From contig JAJPKA010000002.1 of assembly GCA_021323945.1 (NCBI GenBank), positions 354,923 to 418,922 on the forward strand: a stretch of DNA of 64,000 bases, written 5' to 3'. Source of the DNA: Pseudomonadota bacterium (GTDB taxonomy: Bacteria; Desulfobacterota; Binatia; Binatales; Binataceae). The position numbers were made by a program, and so were the translations under genes. The notes beneath the pieces are model-generated. The model had not been told where the DNA came from and ran no database searches. It saw only the letters and a list, made by a program, of their open reading frames with translations. How positions within the stretch are numbered: position 1 is the first letter of the stretch; every line of letters starts with the position of its first letter. Shown here piece after piece: positions 58,892-64,000 of this stretch.

Positions 58892-60988
58892 ATGTACCGT
58901 AAGTTGGAGATTGAGTTCGCAGGCAGGCCCCTTTCACTGGAAACGGGACGCCTCGCCAAGCAGGCCCATGGCGCAGTGCTCGCTCAATACGGCGAGACCA
59001 TCGTGCTGGCCACCGTGGTCGCGGCTTATCAAAGTCGTGAAAGCGTCGATTTTCTGCCTTTAACCGTCGATTACCAGGAGCGGACATTTGCCGCAGGGAA
59101 GATTCCCGGCGGTTTTTTTAAGCGCGAAGGACGTCCTTCGGAGAAGGAAATTCTAACCTCGCGGCTTATCGATCGTGCCATGCGTCCCCTCTTCCCCAAG
59201 GGATTCGATCAGGAGACGCAGATCCTGGTTACGGTCCTCTCTGCTGACCGAGACAACGACCCGGACATGTTGTCGTTGATTGCAACCTCAGCGGCACTGG
59301 AATTGTCCGACATCCCTCACAACGGTCCGGTGGCCGCAGTGCGGATGGGCCGAGTGGGCGGTAAATTGATCGTGAATCCTCGTTTTAGCGAAATGGAAAC
59401 CAGCGACATGTCGCTCGTGGTTGCCGCCAAGCCCGACTCAATCGTGATGCTGGAAGGTGGCGCCCAGATCGTTGACGAGGAATCCGTGCTCGAGGCGCTG
59501 TTTAGCGCACATGAAGAAATGCGGCCGATTTTCGAATTGCAGGAGGAGCTGCGTCGGCTTGCAGGCAAGCCCAAACGGCAATTCAAGCCAAAACAGTATG
59601 ATCCTGCCTTGCTGTCGGCGGTTAGCGAGCGGATGTCTCGCGAGCTCGACGAGGTCCTGAAAATTGCCGGCAAACGGGAAAGGAACACTGCAATTCATGC
59701 GCTTTCGACGCAGGTTGTTAATGACTTGACCCCCAGTTTTCCCGACCGCGGCAATGAGTTGGCAGAAGCAGCCGAAAAGGTGCTGCGCGATCGCGTCCGG
59801 CGAATGATCCTGGAGGAGGACCGCCGGATAGATGATCGCACTTCGACCGAGATTCGCCCCTTAAGCGCCCAAGTGCAGGTGCTGCCGCGAACACACGGGT
59901 CGGCCTTATTCACCCGGGGCGAGACGCAGGTTTTGGCCACCGTGACCTTGGGCACCTCATCCGACGAACAGAAAATCGACGCCTTGCTGGGCGAACGCTT
60001 CAAGAAGTTCATGCTACACTACAACTTCCCGCCTTTTTCAACCGGCGAAGTGAAGTTTCTCCGCGGACCGTCGCGCCGCGAAATTGGCCATGGCGCGCTG
60101 GCAGAGCGGGCGTTGGCGCCAGTGCTGCCGCCCGAAGATACCTTCCCCTATACGATTCGGGTAGTTTCTGAGGTTCTTGAGTCGAATGGCAGCTCTTCGA
60201 TGGCCACAGTCTGTGGGGGAAGTTTGGCCCTTTTTGACGCGGGCGTACCCGTCAAGGCGGCGGTGGCCGGCATCGCCATGGGGCTTGTGAAGGAAGGCGA
60301 TCAGGTGCGGGTTTTGACTGATATTCTGGGCGATGAAGATCACCTCGGCGATATGGATTTCAAGGTCGCCGGTACGGCCCAGGGCGTGACCGCCATCCAG
60401 ATGGACAATAAGGTCGGCGGTATAACGCGCGACATTATGCGGCAAGCGCTGCTTCAAGCTCGCGATGCTCGCCTGTTTGTGCTCAGCGTGATGGAAAAAG
60501 CTTTGGAACGACCGCGAAAGGAAGTTTCGTCCTATGCTCCGCGGATCGTTACAATGCATATCAAGCCCGATAAGATTCGTGACCTGATCGGGCCCGGCGG
60601 AAAAGTCATTCGAGGTCTGGTCGAAGAGACCGGCTGCAAGATCGATATTCAGGACGATGGCACCGTCTTAATTGCCTCGGCTGATGGCGCCGCGATGGAG
60701 AAAGCGGTGGCTGCTATTGAAGCGATTACCGCCCAGCCGGAGGTCGGACGCACTTACCGGGGCAAGGTGCGGAGGATCGTCGATTTCGGCGCATTCGTCG
60801 AGATCTTACCCGGTACAGACGGGCTGCTTCATATCTCGCAAATCTCCAAGGATCGGGTCCGGCGCGTCGAAGACGAATTGAGCGAAGGTGACGAAATCAT
60901 GGTCAAAGTGCTCGACATCGACCGCAACGGCAAGATTCGTTTGTCGATGCGCGAGGCCCTACAGGAAGCGGAACAAAAGGCAAAATAG
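58892..60988 (+). CDS. pnp: Polyribonucleotide nucleotidyltransferase (PNPase)
   Basis: Two RNase PH domains + KH + S1. Start at MYRK…, the usual PNPase opening. Confidence 0.95.
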   Translation: MYRKLEIEFAGRPLSLETGRLAKQAHGAVLAQYGETIVLATVVAAYQSRESVDFLPLTVDYQERTFAAGKIPGGFFKREGRPSEKEILTSRLIDRAMRPLFPKGFDQETQILVTVLSADRDNDPDMLSLIATSAALELSDIPHNGPVAAVRMGRVGGKLIVNPRFSEMETSDMSLVVAAKPDSIVMLEGGAQIVDEESVLEALFSAHEEMRPIFELQEELRRLAGKPKRQFKPKQYDPALLSAVSERMSRELDEVLKIAGKRERNTAIHALSTQVVNDLTPSFPDRGNELAEAAEKVLRDRVRRMILEEDRRIDDRTSTEIRPLSAQVQVLPRTHGSALFTRGETQVLATVTLGTSSDEQKIDALLGERFKKFMLHYNFPPFSTGEVKFLRGPSRREIGHGALAERALAPVLPPEDTFPYTIRVVSEVLESNGSSSMATVCGGSLALFDAGVPVKAAVAGIAMGLVKEGDQVRVLTDILGDEDHLGDMDFKVAGTAQGVTAIQMDNKVGGITRDIMRQALLQARDARLFVLSVMEKALERPRKEVSSYAPRIVTMHIKPDKIRDLIGPGGKVIRGLVEETGCKIDIQDDGTVLIASADGAAMEKAVAAIEAITAQPEVGRTYRGKVRRIVDFGAFVEILPGTDGLLHISQISKDRVRRVEDELSEGDEIMVKVLDIDRNGKIRLSMREALQEAEQKAK

Positions 60989-62257
60989 GTGGTCTATAAA
61001 AGCACTCTTTCGAATGGCGTACGCGTTCTGAGCGAGCCGATGCCCCAAATGGTTTCGGCAACCATTGGGATCTGGGTCGAAAATGGGTCCCGCTACGAAG
61101 AACCGAGCCAAAATGGTGTCTCGCACTTTATCGAGCATCTTTTATTCAAAGGAACCAGGCGCCGAACGGCAGCCCAGATTGCTGAACAGATCGATGCGGT
61201 TGGCGGCGTTCTGAATGCCTTCACCGGCAAGGAATATACGTGTTATTACGCCAAGGTTTTAGGCGAGGACGTCAAGGCGACGACCGAGCTTTTAGCCGAC
61301 ATTTTCCTCGAATCAGTGTTTGCCCCTGAGGAGATCGATCGCGAGCGACAGGTGGTACTTCAGGAAATCTCCCAGGCTGAAGACACCCCCGATGATTTCA
61401 TTCACGACCTCTTCAATCTTCACTTTTGGGAGGGCCATCCTTTATCGTTGCCGATCTTTGGCTCAGTCGAAACGGTTAATGCGATAGACCGCGAACTAAT
61501 GGTCTCCTTCATGGCTGACCGCTACCGTGCGGAGCGAGTTCTCATCGCTGCTGCGGGCGCAGTCGACCATGATCGGCTGGTGGCCGATTGCGAACGGCTG
61601 TTTGGTTCGATTCCTGGGGATGGCAGGCCTACCAAAATCGACGCACCACGCGAGCGGCTAATCGTGGTGAACCATCCGAAAAAACTTGAGCAGGCACACC
61701 TGTGCTTCGGCGCTCCGGGCCTGAGCCAGGTGGCGCCTTTGCGGTATGCCGCTTATCTGCTGAACACAGCGCTGGGCGGGGGTATGTCATCGCGCTTGTT
61801 TCAGGAGGTTCGTGAGAAGCGAGGGCGCGTCTACAGTATCTACTCATTCCTTTCGTCGTTTCTCGATTGTGGTTACTTCGGCATATACGCTGGAACGTCG
61901 CCCGAATGGGTCGACGAGGTGATCGAGGTTTCATTACGGGAAATTGCGAAAGTGGCGCGCGAAGGTCTTGGTCAACAGGAGTTGGCTCGAGCCAAGAGTC
62001 AGCTCAAGGGCAACATGCTGCTAGGAATGGAATCTACGGACAGCCGCATGAACCGGCTCGCGCGCAATGAGATCTATTTCCGCCGAGATATTCCCTTGGA
62101 GGAGATCGCACGCGGTATCGAGGCTGTTACGAACGAGCAGGTGATTGAACTCGCGTCCTCCTGCTTCCGGCCTGAGCGGATGGGTTTGGTAATGTTGGGT
62201 GATCTAAAGGGACGCAAGCTCGGTCCGGAAGTGTTTGAGCCTCTGGCTTCACTCTGA
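60989..62257 (+). CDS. M16-family zinc peptidase (insulinase-like)
   Basis: Inverted zinc motif HFIEHLLFKG (HxxEH). GTG start immediately after the pnp stop. Confidence 0.85.
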   Translation: MVYKSTLSNGVRVLSEPMPQMVSATIGIWVENGSRYEEPSQNGVSHFIEHLLFKGTRRRTAAQIAEQIDAVGGVLNAFTGKEYTCYYAKVLGEDVKATTELLADIFLESVFAPEEIDRERQVVLQEISQAEDTPDDFIHDLFNLHFWEGHPLSLPIFGSVETVNAIDRELMVSFMADRYRAERVLIAAAGAVDHDRLVADCERLFGSIPGDGRPTKIDAPRERLIVVNHPKKLEQAHLCFGAPGLSQVAPLRYAAYLLNTALGGGMSSRLFQEVREKRGRVYSIYSFLSSFLDCGYFGIYAGTSPEWVDEVIEVSLREIAKVAREGLGQQELARAKSQLKGNMLLGMESTDSRMNRLARNEIYFRRDIPLEEIARGIEAVTNEQVIELASSCFRPERMGLVMLGDLKGRKLGPEVFEPLASL

Positions 62258-62323
62258 AGACTCGTTTGCGAAGTCATCAGCTGCTCAGCGTGCGACACTG
62301 CTGGAGGGCCAAGAAAGACTGTT

Positions 62324-62764
62324 TTGGTCGTTCCGGTCGTCAAAATTCAACGTCTACGTGGCTCGATGCCGCGCTATCAGAGCGATCACGCATCAGGTAT
62401 TGACCTGGCCGCGGCGCTCGACGAGCCCCTGGTGCTGGCGCCATTCCAACGTGCAGGCGTACCTACCGGGATTGCGCTCGAGATACCTCAAGGATTCGAG
62501 GGCCAGGTAAGGCCCCGAAGCGGTCGCGCGCTTGACGAAGGACTAACAATCATTAACTCGCCAGGTACCATAGACGCCGACTACCGAGGTGAGATTAGGG
62601 TAATACTTATAAATCTGGGCCAACAGCCCGTCACAATCAATCCGGGAGAGCGCATAGCTCAGCTCGTTATTGCTCCGGTTGCCCACGCAGAATTGGTCGA
62701 AGTTGAGAAGCTCGCCTCTACAAAGCGCGGTGCTGGTGGCATCGGCCACACTGGGAGAGCTTGA
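62324..62764 (+). CDS. dut: dUTP diphosphatase
   Basis: dUTPase motifs (SGIDLAAAL…RSGRA…[11 protein letters not shown]…GERIAQL…[10 protein letters not shown]). N-terminus VKIQRL like E. coli Dut. Confidence 0.85.
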   Translation: MVVPVVKIQRLRGSMPRYQSDHASGIDLAAALDEPLVLAPFQRAGVPTGIALEIPQGFEGQVRPRSGRALDEGLTIINSPGTIDADYRGEIRVILINLGQQPVTINPGERIAQLVIAPVAHAELVEVEKLASTKRGAGGIGHTGRA

Positions 62765-62904
62765 CCAAGGAGCCTCGCTCGTAACAGCTGCCTGTGAGTA
62801 AACCCGCGGCGGTGAAAGCGATGATAGGTAACTTGGCCTTGCTGTGGCTGGCGGTCCCGGTACAATGATGACGTGCTGCTGCCCTTGGGAGGAAAAAGGC
62901 CGCC

Positions 62905-63621
62905 GTGGAAACTGCCCCACAGAAGCTCGAAATGTTCTACGAAGGAAAGGCTAAGAAGCTTTATGCTACTTCCGATCCGGATTTGGTGATCTGTTATTTC
63001 AAAGACGATGCGACCGCGTTCAACGCCAAGAAGCGGGGCACTATCGAAGACAAGGGCGTCATTAACAATCGAATGTCGGAGCTGTTTTTCCGCTTGTTGG
63101 AGGGTCAGGGAGTTAAAACTCATTTCGTCCGAAGACTAAACGAGCGGGAAATGCTCTGTAAGCGACTCGAAATCATTCCGGTCGAGACCGTGGTGCGGAA
63201 TATCGTCGCGGGCTCGATGGCGAAGCGGCTGGGCCTTGAGGAAGGTCGCGAACTTCCTTCCCCAGTGGTCGAATACTACTACAAATCCGATCCGCTCGAC
63301 GATCCACTCATTTATCCGGAGCACGCTATCATGTTCGGCTGGGCGAGCGCTGGTGAAATTGAGGCCATTCGCTCACTGGCGCTGAACGTGAATGACATTC
63401 TTCGCCGGTTTCTAGACGAAAGAGGTATTATCCTGGTCGACTTCAAGCTCGAGTTCGGTCGTCATCACGGCGAGGTGCTGCTCGGGGATGAAATCTGTCC
63501 CGATACGTGTCGGTTCTGGGATAAGGCTAGTCGCCGCAAACTCGACAAGGATCGCTTCCGCCGTGATCTCGGCGATGTTGAGGAAGCTTACCAAGAAATG
63601 TTGCGGCGAGTGGAGAGTTAG
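62905..63621 (+). CDS. purC: Phosphoribosylaminoimidazole-succinocarboxamide synthase
   Basis: [10 protein letters not shown]-type N-terminus ([13 protein letters not shown]). SAICAR synthetase length. Confidence 0.9.
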   Translation: METAPQKLEMFYEGKAKKLYATSDPDLVICYFKDDATAFNAKKRGTIEDKGVINNRMSELFFRLLEGQGVKTHFVRRLNEREMLCKRLEIIPVETVVRNIVAGSMAKRLGLEEGRELPSPVVEYYYKSDPLDDPLIYPEHAIMFGWASAGEIEAIRSLALNVNDILRRFLDERGIILVDFKLEFGRHHGEVLLGDEICPDTCRFWDKASRRKLDKDRFRRDLGDVEEAYQEMLRRVES

Positions 63622-63866
63622 TGCGCGTTAGGATCTTTGTCACGCCGCGCCAGGGTATACTCGACCCACAAGGGCGTGCGGTAGAGACCGCACTAGGGAA
63701 CCTTGGCTTCTCTGGGGTAAGTGATCTTCATGTGGGGCGCTACATCATCCTGACTCTCGAGGCACCTTCCAAGGCAGCGGCGGAGGAGACCGTGCGTCAG
63801 ATGTGCGAGCAGCTGCTCGCTAATCCGGTGATCGAAGACTATCGCTTTGAGGTTGAGCCCGGATGA
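63621..63866 (+). CDS. purS: Phosphoribosylformylglycinamidine synthase subunit PurS
   Basis: 81 aa. RVFVTPRQGILDPQGRAVETAL is typical of PurS. Start overlaps the purC stop. Confidence 0.85.
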   Translation: MRVRIFVTPRQGILDPQGRAVETALGNLGFSGVSDLHVGRYIILTLEAPSKAAAEETVRQMCEQLLANPVIEDYRFEVEPG

Positions 63867-64000
63867 AGTGGGTTGTCGTGCGTTTTCCGGGCTCGCTTGA
63901 TGACGATGACGTAGTCTACGCCCTCCGCGAAGTGCTGGCCCAGGACGTTTCGATCGTCTGGCATAGGACTGAAAGCCTCGGTGCAGCTGATTGTGTGGTA
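63863..64000 (+). CDS. purQ: Phosphoribosylformylglycinamidine synthase glutaminase subunit PurQ (5' fragment, continues beyond window)
   Basis: ATG at 63863 overlapping the purS stop (ATGA). MKWVVVRFPGSLDDDD is a PurQ N-terminus. Confidence 0.7.
   Translation, partial: MKWVVVRFPGSLDDDDVVYALREVLAQDVSIVWHRTESLGAADCVV

Overview
High-GC (~60%) bacterial chromosomal window, probably from an Acidobacteriota-like soil bacterium. Supporting this: a VWFA-related acidobacterial-type vWA protein, several LLM/F420-type oxidoreductases and amidohydrolases. I found no rRNA, tRNA, CRISPR array, transposase or integrase. The left end carries envelope and redox genes: a heptosyltransferase fragment, an orphan nuoA, a serine hydrolase, a YfhL ferredoxin and apbC. 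Next come a convergent chagasin-family inhibitor and prodomain-less papain-like (C1A) cysteine peptidase pair, an MMPL/RND transporter, and two paralogous D-aminoacylases flanking an alpha/beta hydrolase. A hopanoid side-chain module follows (radical-SAM HpnJ plus GT2 HpnI and a membrane protein), then an aldo/keto reductase (AKR), gamma-glutamyltransferase (GGT), miaB and rbfA, and a tandem pair of Amidohydro_2 hydrolases. At about 28.5-31.1 kb there is a short island of lower GC with three uncharacterised proteins, one carrying an Rx4H (HEPN-like) motif. Further right: an intracellular trypsin-like S1 peptidase with a long N-terminal extension, an amgK-murU-like sugar kinase/nucleotidyltransferase pair, a clan GH-D glycosidase, and a second MMPL/RND paralog in inverted orientation. 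The remainder encodes LLM oxidoreductases, an AKR, a secreted DUF1329-like protein, a Baeyer-Villiger monooxygenase, a lytic transglycosylase, an NtrB/NtrC-type sigma-54 two-component pair, thiE, an Fdx/FNR pair, and a housekeeping block rpsO-pnp-M16 peptidase-dut-purC-purS-purQ. The most unusual signals are two related TGCAAA-N(4-6)-TTTGCA palindromes, one upstream of each peptidase gene, together with the inhibitor/protease pairing and the small low-GC island.
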